Shown here: positions 51,849-64,000 of the stretch, piece by piece
How the letters are laid out: each line of letters begins with the position of its first letter
Numbering within the stretch: position 1 is the first letter of the stretch
NCBI GenBank assembly: GCA_012295275.1
Contig: CM022669.1
Coordinates: forward strand, 1,798,001-1,862,000
DNA: 64,000 bases
From: Chrysomallon squamiferum
Lineage: Eukaryota > Animalia > Mollusca
Direction of reading: 5' to 3'
Notes under the pieces: model-generated
The model's database searches: none
Told to the model about the DNA's origin: nothing
The model's input: only the letters and a program-made list of their open reading frames with translations
Program-made: the position numbers and the translations under genes

Positions 51849-52726
51849 TCAGAAATCTATAGCTCTTCCTTTCCTTTCCCAGTCTCCATAACGAGTAGGT
51901 TCAGGTCCTCTTGGTCCTCCTATTTCACCAGTAACAGGATTTATATCATTTGGAAAACGCTCCAAAGGCTCTTTTTCTACTGCTGGGTTTACTTCAACTG
52001 TCGGAGTCTCAAATGGTCCATCTAACTTTCCAGCTGGAAGCTTTCCTTTTTTCCTTTTCACATTTTTAACTTCTTGAGAATAAAACTTTGACGATACCAC
52101 CAACTGCATGAATGGCTTTGATGGTTTTGATGTCTTGATTATTTCATTAACAAGACCTGTATAAATATAAAGCATACAAAAAAAACAATAATAAAGAAAT
52201 ACACATCACAATATATATACAGGGTCTCCCATAAAATTCCATCCACAGGAAAAATAAACGTTTTTAAATGAAAAACCATTTTTATTTATATAAAATGCTC
52301 TACATGACTGCCATTATGTTGAAAACACATTTCAATGCGTGTCCTCCACCTGTTTGTCTGTGTGTGTGTTTCCTTTGGTGATGTTGCTTGTGATGAAACC
52401 ATACGTATGGAAACTTATGGGACACCCTGTGTGTGTGTGTGTGTGTGTGTGTGAAAAAGAAAAGCGACATATTTTTAAAGATATCTGTGCAATGAACTGG
52501 AAATTATATTTTTATTTACTTTATTGTATTTAGCAAATAATTTGTATATTAGGTACCTAATTCACGGCCGACTACTATAATCTGTTAGTATTATATTCAA
52601 CTAAATATAACTATTTTTATTTTTTTTTTATCTCAAAATATTTAACAGTAAAAATAATTATATTATTATCATTTTATTACCTTTATTCCCAAGATTTTGC
52701 AGGATAATTCTAAGCAACGATGTCAT
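51849..52726 (-). CDS. SDHAF4: Succinate dehydrogenase assembly factor 4 (Sdh8/DUF1674), 2 coding exons, 117 aa
   Basis: Exons 52726-52681 ([16 protein letters not shown], transit-peptide-like, donor G|GTAATA) and 52156-51849. Diagnostic C-terminus [30 protein letters not shown]. Confidence 0.93.
52220..52429 (-). mobile_element. Short mariner/Tc1-type deletion derivative in the SDHAF4 intron
   Basis: TIRs CAGGGTCTCCCATAAAATTCCAT and (reverse complement) CAGGGTGTCCCATAAGTTTCCAT; left TA present, right flank is a (TG)n run. Internal minus-strand [16 protein letters not shown] resembles the extreme C-terminus of mariner-like transposases. Confidence 0.8.
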
Positions 52727-52740
52727 ATTTTCGTATTGTG

Positions 52741-52753
52741 TCAAGGTCACATG
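52741..52753. promoter_or_regulatory. ERR/NR5A-type element TCAAGGTCA overlapping E-box GTCACATG just upstream of SDHAF4
   Basis: Exact TCAAGGTCA at 52741-52749, 15 nt from the SDHAF4 ATG; function not demonstrable from sequence. Confidence 0.4.
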
Positions 52754-53957
52754 TTATTAGGACGTGAAAGAACGAAATACTACAACTTGACTCCAAAAGT
52801 ATTTTGGTTAATAAAGCTACAAAGATAAATTATTATGTGTTCATTTATTGGTTGGTAATCATGTTGTTTAAGAGTACTTCTTGCTTGCAGATACATATTA
52901 TTATTTTGAATTTTTTTTTTTTTTGCTCTCCTACATAAATGGTTCGTATAAAATGATCTAAGCTCAACTGAGCTTACTAAATCGGTGCACTGTTCCTTTT
53001 TTTTTTTTTTTTTTTTTTTAGCAGGACTAGCTATAAAACAAAAAATCGTAAAATACTCGGTATCAGCTAATGAGTTGTGATAGCAAGAGTAGCTATTATT
53101 ATTATTATTATTATTAACTTTAACCTGCGTGCTTCTTTTTTTAAATATTGAATATCGAATATATTTAATAATCAGTTTAGGGTTGTTAAATTCTATGGTA
53201 ATTTCGTATTTTGTCTGTTTCCACGAAAGTATTGCTATTTACAGAATTTGCTTCTTTTTTAATATTTTGTCTGTATGTTCGGCCAAAATCAATAAATCGA
53301 GGTGGCTTTTTAACTTTAAAATAATAATAATAATAAAATTAAATAAATAAAGAAAGAAAGAAAATAAAGAAAAAAATATTAATGTCTAATCTTTCCATGG
53401 TTTATTTGTTTATTTGTTGTTATTTTCAATTCACATTTCGTAATTTTATATTCGTTAGCTTTAACACTATAAATATATAAATAAATAAATTTGCAGTCAT
53501 AAATGACTCGGTTGTTTGATGGTGTGTTTTTGAATAAAGAAATCAACATTTGGTTGACGAAAAATTATTATCCATTTCAAATATATATATATATTGTCTT
53601 CTCTCATTTTAAAAAATTAAAAATTATTTATATATTTACTTTTTTTATTATTATCACCATCATCATCATCATTATTTGTCATTATTTCTTTCTCCTTCGC
53701 TTTTCTGGACTAATTGCAAGTCTACAGATTTGTAATTTATATAAAAATCTTTAATCAATAATATCTATATAAGATGGAAATAAAATTAATGCAATTGTTT
53801 GTTTTCAGAAAATTAAATATAAACGGTATAGTTATGACGATTATTGTCTCACAATTAAATGCGAGTATTATAATATATATATTATTTATTATACCTGTTT
53901 ATCTACGTTAGTGGTCCGGATTATTTCATTATTGTTAATGCATAACAACTATGAAAG

Positions 53958-53990
<33 letters not shown>

Positions 53991-55388
53991 TACTATTTAT
54001 ACCTATGAAATACAACAACCTCTGATCTGATGAACATGTTTTTATGGGTTCTGGAGGCGAGGAGTGTGGGAATGGATCATGGAGATGGTTCCCTATCAAA
54101 TAATGTCTTTTAAACTTTTAGATTATCTGAATTTCCAGTTATTACTGGAGTGCAATGGAGCCCCGAACGACAATAAATATTTGTATCAGGCTTAAGAGAC
54201 GGCAATATGACAGCAGATATCAAATATTAGAAATTATTTATTTGAATAATGAACATAAATGTTATAGATCTCTTGTTTAACTGACTGTCTATTTATAGGA
54301 AAATAAATAAATTTATTTTTGGTAATGCAGTTTTAAATTCATATGATTTCAGTATTTTTGATAATTCTTAGCAAAGCCTTGAGAACCTGTTACCATTGTA
54401 AGAATTAAAATATTTCTACAGGGATGCTATTAATTCTACTTATTTTCTTATTTAGCTATAATAATTTCTAAACGTACCTCCCGAAAGATTTCACTTATTA
54501 TTTTGGACCAAATGCGGAGGTCATTTCAAATTATAAAAATTCATTAGATAAATGTTTCCATGCTCAAGTTTATTTCTGCAGGTACCCATTATATTTACTT
54601 CCGCAATAGCAGGATTTACATAATTTATGATAATTAAATTCCTTTGATGGCAATACTGTGTTGTCAGTATTATTTATTGCTTATATATTCTAATAAAAGC
54701 CTGCTAGTTATTAAGGCACATTGCTGTTTTTGTCAACTTATGAATAGAAAGTTGTTTTCAGTCATAATGCTTAAGCTTTTTTTAATTCAGTTTAATATCA
54801 AAAATAAGAGTTATATTCATATAACTACCGTGTGCGTGTGTGTTGTGTGTGTGTATGGGTTTATATTTAAACTTCCATGAATATACTGTATTTACAATTA
54901 TTTTCTTTTTTCTTTTCTTTCTTTTCTTGTCTTTTCATTCTTTCTTTATTAATTGTTTTCTTTTGGGTAATAACTCAGCTTACTGTGGTGATTACATTTC
55001 ATGTCCGAACAAGCTATCAAAATGAATGAGATAGGATTCAGCATAGATATTTTAACTTTCTTACCAGTTTTAAACATGTTCTTCATGAAGTAAATAAATA
55101 AAGGAAAAAAGGTAAAGCGAAGAAAATAGATAAACAATGAACTGTTTTACTGTTAAATATAGTTCACCGATTATAGAATTAACGTAAATAAAATGCCTTA
55201 ATAAAGTTGTTACACACGTTGCCGTCAAAGCTTACATGTGTATTTGCTGGTGTAATTTCAATAAACAGATGCAAGTGCTGCCATCTATTTTTGTATCACA
55301 TGATGGAAAAACGAACAATGATTGGTCGTACTGTCAGAGGACCCCCTGTATCGCCAAAATCATAACAAGCTTGTCGTTTTCAACCATC

Positions 55389-55598
55389 ATGGCTAACCCA
55401 CGGAAGTTTAGCGAAAAGATAGCGTTACACAATCAAAAACAGGCCGAGGAAACGGCCGCCTTTGAAGCCATAATTAAGGAGGTTACAAGCGCCACCCGCG
55501 TAAGTACATCTCGATCCACTTATCTTCGGAGTAGGCCATATCTCGAGCAGTCTAACTAGGCCACCGTTTCGCAAGAGACCTCATTTTCTTGCGTGTAT

Positions 55599-55639
<41 letters not shown>

Positions 55640-58600
55640 TTCCTTCTTCATTTTTTTTTTGCCCAATAAAATTTTAAATATTTAAATGTATATGTTATTG
55701 TTTACAGGGACAAGCTTATCCAAGGCAGCACTTGCCAATTTCACAAAATCTTGGAGCTTACCGCGGCGGATCTTTACCTAATGTCAACCAGATAGGACCA
55801 GGGATAGATTTGCAGGTAATGTGAAAAGCTGTCACTGGCTGGCCTAGTTTCCATGTATATATGTATTTAGTTTATACTATGGTTGTTAACATGGCGTCGC
55901 CAATTTGAGTATATCGGATTAACATTTATTTTAATTACGGGCCGACAGTGGCGTTTTCGCTCTGATTCTATTACTGGCGATCTGTAGCAAACGATATTTA
56001 TCAAATCTTTCAGACCGCCCTGCAACACCTAGACGATATCAGACAACCAGATACGAAGCAGGCGAGATCGAATTTAGTGGAGCGAATCCACCGAGAGCGA
56101 AGCAGACAAATAGGGCCACATCGACGAGCCTTACCGATAGATAAACGTGTATCCTTGTTGTAGTTGTTTGTTTTACTTGGCATTAATTATGTGAACACAG
56201 CTGGAGTGTGAACAGGTCAGTGAATTAAATATAAGTGCTAATTTAATGGAATATTAGCATATAATTATTATGTTTATATCCTGAAAATTAACAGTGAATT
56301 ATATACTAGTAATAATAATAAACTGACACAATACAATATTAAATAAATTATAATAAAACTGAACAAGATAATAATAATAATTATAAATTGTTATAGTAAT
56401 AGATACTAACTAAAACAAAAAAAACATTTTTTTATTTTTTTAATAAATATATTGTAACTATGATAGATTTATAATAATATCTCTGACATTAAGAAGAAAT
56501 TAATATTAAACTCAGATTAAACAATTATTTTAACTTATTGGTGCTTAGCAACAGGTCTGAAAAATAAAGAAAATTCTTGTTTTGTGACTATATCTCTATA
56601 AAATTAACTTATAATTTATGGTAAAATTTAGTTACTGACATACTTTGCTAACAATAATTTCAGAAATATTTGTATGTTGTTACATTTTAAGTTCATTTAT
56701 CAAATATATTTATCTAGAAGCCTTTGACGTTAATTAGCCATTAATGTATTATTAAATATTCATAATTGTTAGATTAAACATAATCAATTACTTGAGGGAT
56801 AATTTAGTAGAATATTAAAATATTAGTAGTATATTAAAATTGTTTTAAATATGTTTCAATTAAACAAGCTTTGCATTTAAAGCTTGCAAACATATTTTGA
56901 CATGATTCTTATTGCATTTCACATATGGCATAAGCAGCATGCGTGTTACGTTTAATGTTTAAAATGATATATATTTATCTTAATTCAAATGATAGAATGT
57001 AACTGGTTAGAAGTAAATTAACAGTTCAAAATTAATTGTTCTTTTATCAGTCTTTATTTTTAAAGATTTTATGACTGCTTTTCAGTCGTGCCTGTTCCTT
57101 TATTAAAGTTTATTTATTTATTTATTTATTTATTTATCATGTATGTAAATGAAAAAATAAGTTACAGATTCCTAGTTAGGTCCAATGTATTTATATGCTC
57201 AGGGTGTTTCAAGAGGTTTTTCAGTTTCATAATTACTATTACAGAAAATTAGCATATATATACTATAATAATAATGAAATAGGTTGGGTTATCCATTGAT
57301 ATTTTGTTGTAATGTTTTATGACGCTTTATTTAACAAGCTAACTTCACTGACAGAAAACTAATGCATCTCTGTAGCATAAAGTATTATTAATTATTATTT
57401 TTTTAATATTTTATTTATTTATTTTTTTGAAATATAGATTTAAAAAAAAAAACCACAGCTATAATTTTAATACATCGTTAAAAGAATTGCAAAAAATAAC
57501 ATTGAAGGAAATAATAATGTTGTTGTACATTCACATTCATTTTAACTAGTAACTGAGCTGCTATGAATGTGTTAGCATTGTGCATTGAAGTACATCACTG
57601 ACAACATTATCAAGATGAATAAAATCAGCTGACTTTAAAAGCTGCCAGTATATATTTATTGACATTTTTTTTTATAAATTTTTAAAACTGATGTCAGATT
57701 CATTTGAATTAAAATATTAAGAAAAGTTATGATAAAGTAAATAAAATGTTGACTTGTTCACCAGGTTGAAATTGAAAATATATATAAAATTGTCCTCATT
57801 TTTGTAATAATAATAAAACACATTATGCATTTATAATATATGATTTATTTATTTATTTATTTAAATTATATTATGTATTTTCAAAATAATCTTTAAAGAG
57901 TAATTTATTTAAAGTTCAAAACAATGGAAATCTTTTATCTTAGTTTGTCATTTTCAGGCTAAATAAATGAGAGAAAGCATCTGTCTACACACAGTAAAAC
58001 AAACGGTAAACTTCTAAAGTAGAAATAATCATAAATTTTGTTTACTTTATATTTTTCTGTTTTGAATGGTAATACACTTCTATACATAGGTAGTTTATTA
58101 TTTAAACTGGAGATACTGTAAATATTCGATATAATGTTATCCATTTTTTATTTCGTTAAATTAATATTTAAACAGTTTCTGTTGTTGTTTTTGTTGTTGT
58201 TATTATTATTAATTTCTTTCTTTATTTATTTTTTAAAGATTATTTTAAGACTTAAGGAGAAATGGTTTTGTTTTTGGTGCATTAAAAATGATAAATATTT
58301 ATTTCAGATAGTTTTTATCTTCTAAATGTATTTTGCTCTAAATAAGAAAATTAATATAGAATAATTTAACTTAGTGAAAAGTGAATAAAAATGTTTCTTT
58401 TTGATTAATGTGAATGAAGTAGGAATGAACTTTTCTAATTGTATCACTGCTCAGTGGCATTTAAAATCAAATATGTTAGCATAATTTTGTAAATTCAAAC
58501 ATTTAGCAGTAGTATAATAAATAAATAAAATTTATTATCATTATTATTTTTTATTTATTATTTATATTATTATTTTTTAATAAATGGAACAATAAATTTA

Positions 58601-59184
58601 AATTTTGTAAATGTACTGAACCTATCACCTTTAAAATTCTAGTGACAAGGCACTTGATGGTTATCCATTTGAAACTAAATTGCTTTCAATGTGTCATAAA
58701 AAATTTAATTAATGATACAATAAAATTTATGTTCTTTATATGATATAGTTGCACGTCTGTAAATAAAAAAATGTTTTATCTGATTTCTGAAAGGAAAGAA
58801 AAGTTAATTTGACTTCTGTATTCTTCAAGACTTTAACATGGTTAGGTTTATGAGGGAGTGTAGTGTTAAAATCTTGTAAATAGTCTGTTTTCTGCTGGGG
58901 TCAGTGACAGATTACTAAATGCTATATTATGGTTTTCTCTTTAAAAGACATCTTGTTGCTATTGGAATGTTTTAAAAAGTAGCTGTAGTAAGACTGTCAG
59001 AAATAAAAAAAATAGTTGAAATTGAACAGTATATAATGATAATTAATTGGTTTGTTTTAATGATATCAAACTAAACAAACTTCACTTTCTCACTTTTTAC
59101 AAAGTTGGTTTCATTTTATTTTTGTTTTGTCATATTTACTGCAGATTCCATTACTAATATGCACTATGTAAAAACAGCAACATC

Positions 59185-59218
<34 letters not shown>

Positions 59219-60214
59219 TTCCGAGTAATTACATTGAGCAGTCTGTGCAGAGTGGTAAAAAAAAGATACACAAAACTAGCACATGAAATATTAATGTTCT
59301 GCTGTTCTTGGTGCAGTTTAAATATACTTGATGCTTTATTGAAAGGATTATACATTTTTTTGTTTCTGATAAAACTATTAATGTCAGTGTGATGTGTGTG
59401 TGTGTGCTTGCTTTTTGGTTAGTAATGATAAGATATTTTATATGTGCATTATCTTAGAGCAGCACTATTAGACCATAAAACAATTAGGTGTTGAGAGGAT
59501 TATATTCAGGATTTTTTACCTGATTTTATCACAGATGCTATATAATTTTAGAAATTACAGTATGCAGTGCCATCAGTGTTTCCAAGTGTTTAATTAAATA
59601 TGAAATGTAAATAATTGTTTTTCAGAAAAAGTGAAATTTACTGATAAAAAAAATTTAATTATATTTGTAGAAACAAACTGAGTTATGTATTTTTGTTGCT
59701 GGAGAATGTGGTTAATCATTTTAAATTTCACATTTTTTCCAAATGTTTAATTAATTATAAAATGTAAATAAATATATTTTTCAGATGAGATATGAATTTT
59801 ATTGTGTAATTTTATGAATAGAGTATTTCTATTTTTAAGGTAGGTATAAAGATGCTGTCAGTGTGTTTCACTATTTAAATTAGATTTCAGAATGAGTGAG
59901 TGCAAATACAATAACAGTCGCATTGGTATATTTTTTGCAGGTTAAATTTAAGCAGTTTTAATTATAATCATATTTTATAAAATTGGATATATACTTAAAT
60001 TATAATTAAATTTCAGGTATTATGAGGATTAAATAAATTTCTTTGATTTGTGTATGTATGTAATATTTAATTGTAAAATGCATACTAGTGTAAAAGTTGT
60101 TTTATCAAGGATTACTTTAGTTTGATACAGAATTTTCCTTAGCTATAATCAGACGGATTGCTCACCATATGGCTCTGCATACCTATCACCCCCCCCAGAC
60201 ACAAGCTGGAGAAG
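55389..60214 (+). CDS. CRTC: CREB-regulated transcription coactivator (CRTC/TORC), first 4 exons; gene continues beyond window
   Basis: Exons 55389-55499 ([31 protein letters not shown]), 55708-55815 ([12 protein letters not shown]), 56014-56148, 60153-60214 ([21 protein letters not shown]). No further exon recognised before 64000. Confidence 0.93.
56149..60152 (+). other. U12-type GT-AG intron (CRTC intron 3, ~4.0 kb)
   Basis: 5' site GTATCCTTG at 56149; TTTTCCTTAGC at 60133-60143, 11 nt before the intron end and no polypyrimidine tract after it; phase 0 joins IDKR|TDCSPYG. Confidence 0.85.
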
Positions 60215-61413
60215 GTGAGTAATGTTTGTGTTTATAAATAAAAATTGTTTTGAAATGTTTGTAGTACATTTCAAGATGGTGTCTTTAAAACTGAATTAAC
60301 TTTGAAGAGACATTATCAACTTCCATTGCTTCTGTTTTTGCTGTTAATTGGTATCAGAGCTTGCTGTCATTTAAATACTTACTAATTTTTTTTCATATTT
60401 TATATATTCAGATGCATTATGCCATTAAAATAAGTTAGCTGAAACAATCTGTCACTTCTACATTTTTATTTATTAATGCTATGTTATTATTATTTATATC
60501 TTTCCCTTCCTCCCCATTTCTGTCACACTGTCTAAAAAACCCCAACACAAAACAAACAAAAACAACAAACAAAACATTTAATAAATTATTTTTTTGTATT
60601 TAATATCTTTAAAATTTTCAGTTATGAGTTCATCAGTACTTCATTAGAATTGAACGTTAATTATTCTTATATTTAAAAAAAATTAAATTTTACTTTTAAA
60701 AATATTTGACTTTGTTTACAAATATATAATATACAATAACTGCCTTGAAAAATAAGTATCAGTTTAATTTTTCTGTTAAACACCATTACCATAACTTGAT
60801 TTTGTATAATTTTTCTGATTATTTTTGTATTGTAAATTTTGTATTTGACGTCTTTTGCTGCAACACACATATTCAGTATATATCTAAATAAAATGTATCC
60901 ATTGTTATTTTGTGAATATGTCAGAGTTTTGTCTTAAACATTATTATTAATGATTAGAGTTCACTAGAATTACCATTAACACATGATGTTCTCAGACATG
61001 GTGTTAATTTATTTATAGATTTTTTTTGTTAATGACAATTTTTCTGTTAATTTATACTCATTGATATATTATTATATATGATGTTATTATATAATAATAA
61101 ACAGTCCACAAATATTTATTAGGAAGAGATTTCTTAATATTTATTTATTTTCTTGTTATTCTGTTGTTACCCAGTATTCTATATATTCCACTCCTATTTA
61201 ACATTGAGCTTTGAAAATGTCTGTATTGTTACAGAAATGAGAATTTGTACTGTGACAATGAATAATGACTTTTCCTTACATATGATTAAAATGTTGACTG
61301 TATATTGCTGCTAAGTAACATAATTATGAGTTCTGACATGATTGTTAGTAGCATGTACAGATGTCAGGTAATTAATATTGAGTCTGTTTTTCTTACTAAA
61401 AAATTTCTGGTGT

Positions 61414-61656
61414 GAAAATCTGTATTCATAGTGAATCAAGAATCAAAATCAGTATTTATAGTTAATCAATAATTGAAATTGTATTCGTAATGAATCAAGA
61501 ATTGAAATCTGTATTCATAGTGAATAAAGAATTGAAATCTTTATTAATAGGGAATCAAGAATTGAAGTCTCTGATCATTGTGAATTAAACATTGTAATCT
61601 GTTCACTGTGAATCAAGATTTGTAATGTACATTCATAGTGAATCAAGAATTGAAAC
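61414..61656. repeat. ~30-bp minisatellite, about 8 diverged copies, in CRTC intron 4
   Basis: Consensus ATTGAAATCTGTATTCATAGTGAATCAAGA repeated with ~30-nt period. Confidence 0.85.
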
Positions 61657-64000
61657 TTCCAGTTTATATATTTGTAGAGGAGGATTTTTACAAAAACCAA
61701 GCTGAGTTGTTAAGATATGTGTTTTATTAATAGTTCTGTGCCATTGCTACAGTAACCAAATTCTGGTCAGCAGGACAGGTTTCTGTAGCACAGTAGGTCA
61801 TTCCTGGATCTTATATAACAATTATAGTCTGTGTTGAGAAAACATTTTTGGTGAAATTTGACAGTTGTACATCTTATAAATAATAATGAGGTTTTTTATT
61901 ATTATTATTTTTTTTTTTTGTGTTAACCTTTATCTTTTTCTTTTAATAGAAAGAACTGTTTTGAAGATAAATCACATTTAAAGATCATACATATCACATT
62001 CTCACCTACAAACATCCATACTCACATATTTACATACACTTCTACTTACATATTTCACATGTTACTAATAGATGATGGGAATCTCCTTAACTGATTTATT
62101 GTAATATATAGTTACTGTGTGCTGACACGAGATGGCTGTCTCCCAGTCAGAATTATGACAGCCAAAAGAAAAAACAACAACAAATAAACGTTATTTTATT
62201 TACATCATGTTTAATTTGACAGTCGCTGGCTTAAGCATTTCACAAAAATGTTGTACAGTGGTTGCATTTGTCTTGTTAGAATACGAGCAGCTGCATTTAA
62301 TATCATTCTTAAGATAATTTTGCCCCCCTCCTCTTGAGGAAGGTGACATTTGTCAAAAGCCACGTAGGATTATAGCAAAGAATAAGTATTGGTTATCCTA
62401 AAATTATAACTTGACTGGTCATTTTCATAAGCTAATTAATCTTTTATTATTTTTCAGAACATATTTTAATTGTGATCTGATGGATTTCTGATTTTTGTTG
62501 TTTTAAAAATATTCATTGTCATCCAGTTATGGATAGATCAGACTTTTCTGTTATTACATAATATGCTACTACTGCATATATTTACAACTTAAATACTAAG
62601 CAGTGTTATCAAATACTTGGCTTGATTTAATTGTTCAAAATATTATTTGAAGTCCTTTGCTCTGAATTTACTAAAAATTTTGTGGAATTTTTTGTTGTTT
62701 TTATTTATTTTTATTAATTTATTATTATTATTTTAAAATTTATTTGTTATTATTTATTAAAATAAGGTTGGTGCTGTAAATGCATCATTTTGTTTAGTTT
62801 TTTGTGCTAATTGTCTGATAATTGGAGAGGATGACTTGAAACAAGATTGTCACTAGGTGCTGATTTGCAACTTCGTAGTTATAATTATTGATTTGTCCAT
62901 GTTTGTTAGGCAGTGTATTTTTTATTTTTTATTTTTTTTGGTTCAGACATTCCTCTTTAAGTTCAGGCAATAAGCATTTAATGAATGATATTTTACTCAC
63001 AATTTGCTGTTAAAATATTTATTATATGTTTGCATTAATCTATATCTTCATTTGTTTTTAATTATTTTGTCTCATTACTTAGTTCATAAATATTTTCACA
63101 AGTTTATGCATTTTGATTGTAAAACAAAAGAGAATTTTATATTTTTAAAAAGAAACATGTGCAAAGTCTGTAATTTGAAATAAAATTTTTTCTATTAAGG
63201 CTGATAAATAAGAGAAATCCTCTCACAGAAGTTCTATTATCAGTTATTTTTAATCATCCCCTAGAAATATTTTATTCATTTATTTGTTTAGCAGAAACCA
63301 TATATAAAATTGCTGTGCAGCACTGCTCAGTCTTTTTCAGTCAGGTATTCAGAAGTGATTTTCCATAATTATAGATGTATATCTTTTTATCCCAATTTCA
63401 CTGATAAAAAATTCAAAGATGTCAATCATATAGTTCCAGAGAAATGAATTTAATATTTAATTTTTGCTTCCATTTGCCACATTTGCCATTTTCTCTGACA
63501 AAACGTATTTTTCAATATGTCTTGCTTTGTGTTGCATATATTGTCTAATTTTTTGATAACTTTACAAAGTATATTTACATTATTATGGCAAGCCAAAGTA
63601 GGTCAAATGATTCATTTATTAAAAAAAAAAAAAATTGTTTCTTTAAAAATTTATACCATGACAAGCATCATTTTTATACAAAATTAATCAGAGTGCCAAG
63701 ATCTAGATCTAGAAGGGATAAATTAGAAAATCCAAAATGTAAATTTTTTGGGAGTTAATCTTTTAGCAAATTGCAGTTTTCTTAAGCATCAGGGTACTAT
63801 CTCAGTGCTGGTAAAGGCTACTTAATAATAAAGATGACCTGCTGAGTTCTCTTTCCTCAAAGAACTTTACAGTGAGAGTATATTATGAACAGATACACAA
63901 AAAATGGATTGATAATGAATTACTGTTTAATAGTACTTTCGAAAGCTGCATATTTGGTGATTAAATATAAATTGAGCAGAAACTGAATTTAAAGTGAAAT

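Noticed and set aside
55236-55388. In-frame upstream extension of the CRTC ORF
   Set aside because: CRTC proteins begin at [13 protein letters not shown]; ATG 55389 has a good context (ATCATGG) and the upstream part contains promoter-like motifs such as ATTGG.
61414-61656. CRISPR-like array (30-bp repeats containing ATTGAAA)
   Set aside because: Units are directly adjacent with no unique spacers, there are no cas genes, and the context is a eukaryotic intron.

Overview
AT-rich, intron-rich animal genomic DNA; the repeat types and protein sequences suggest an invertebrate, probably a mollusc or other lophotrochozoan (inference). Most ORF-track entries are spurious. Reading splice sites by hand gives six conserved genes in strict alternation (-,+,-,+,-,+): NGLY1 (5 exons, 646 aa), CCDC112 (14 exons, 481 aa), AMACR (6 exons, 380 aa, ends in SKL), NCBP1/CBP80 (22 exons, 794 aa), SDHAF4 (2 exons, 117 aa) and the first four exons of CRTC, which runs off the window. 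All five complete models splice into uninterrupted frames. Notable details are two U12-type (minor spliceosome) introns in NCBP1 and CRTC, a GC-AG intron in NCBP1, and several DNA transposons with readable ends (hAT with 8-bp TSD, Academ-like with 3-bp TSD inside an NCBP1 intron, Sola2-like MITE with 4-bp TSD, Tc1/mariner-superfamily MITEs). There is also a 30-bp perfect hairpin and a CpG-decay contrast consistent with gene-body methylation. I see no convincing wholly new biological system; the findings are mostly splicing, transposon and regulatory observations.
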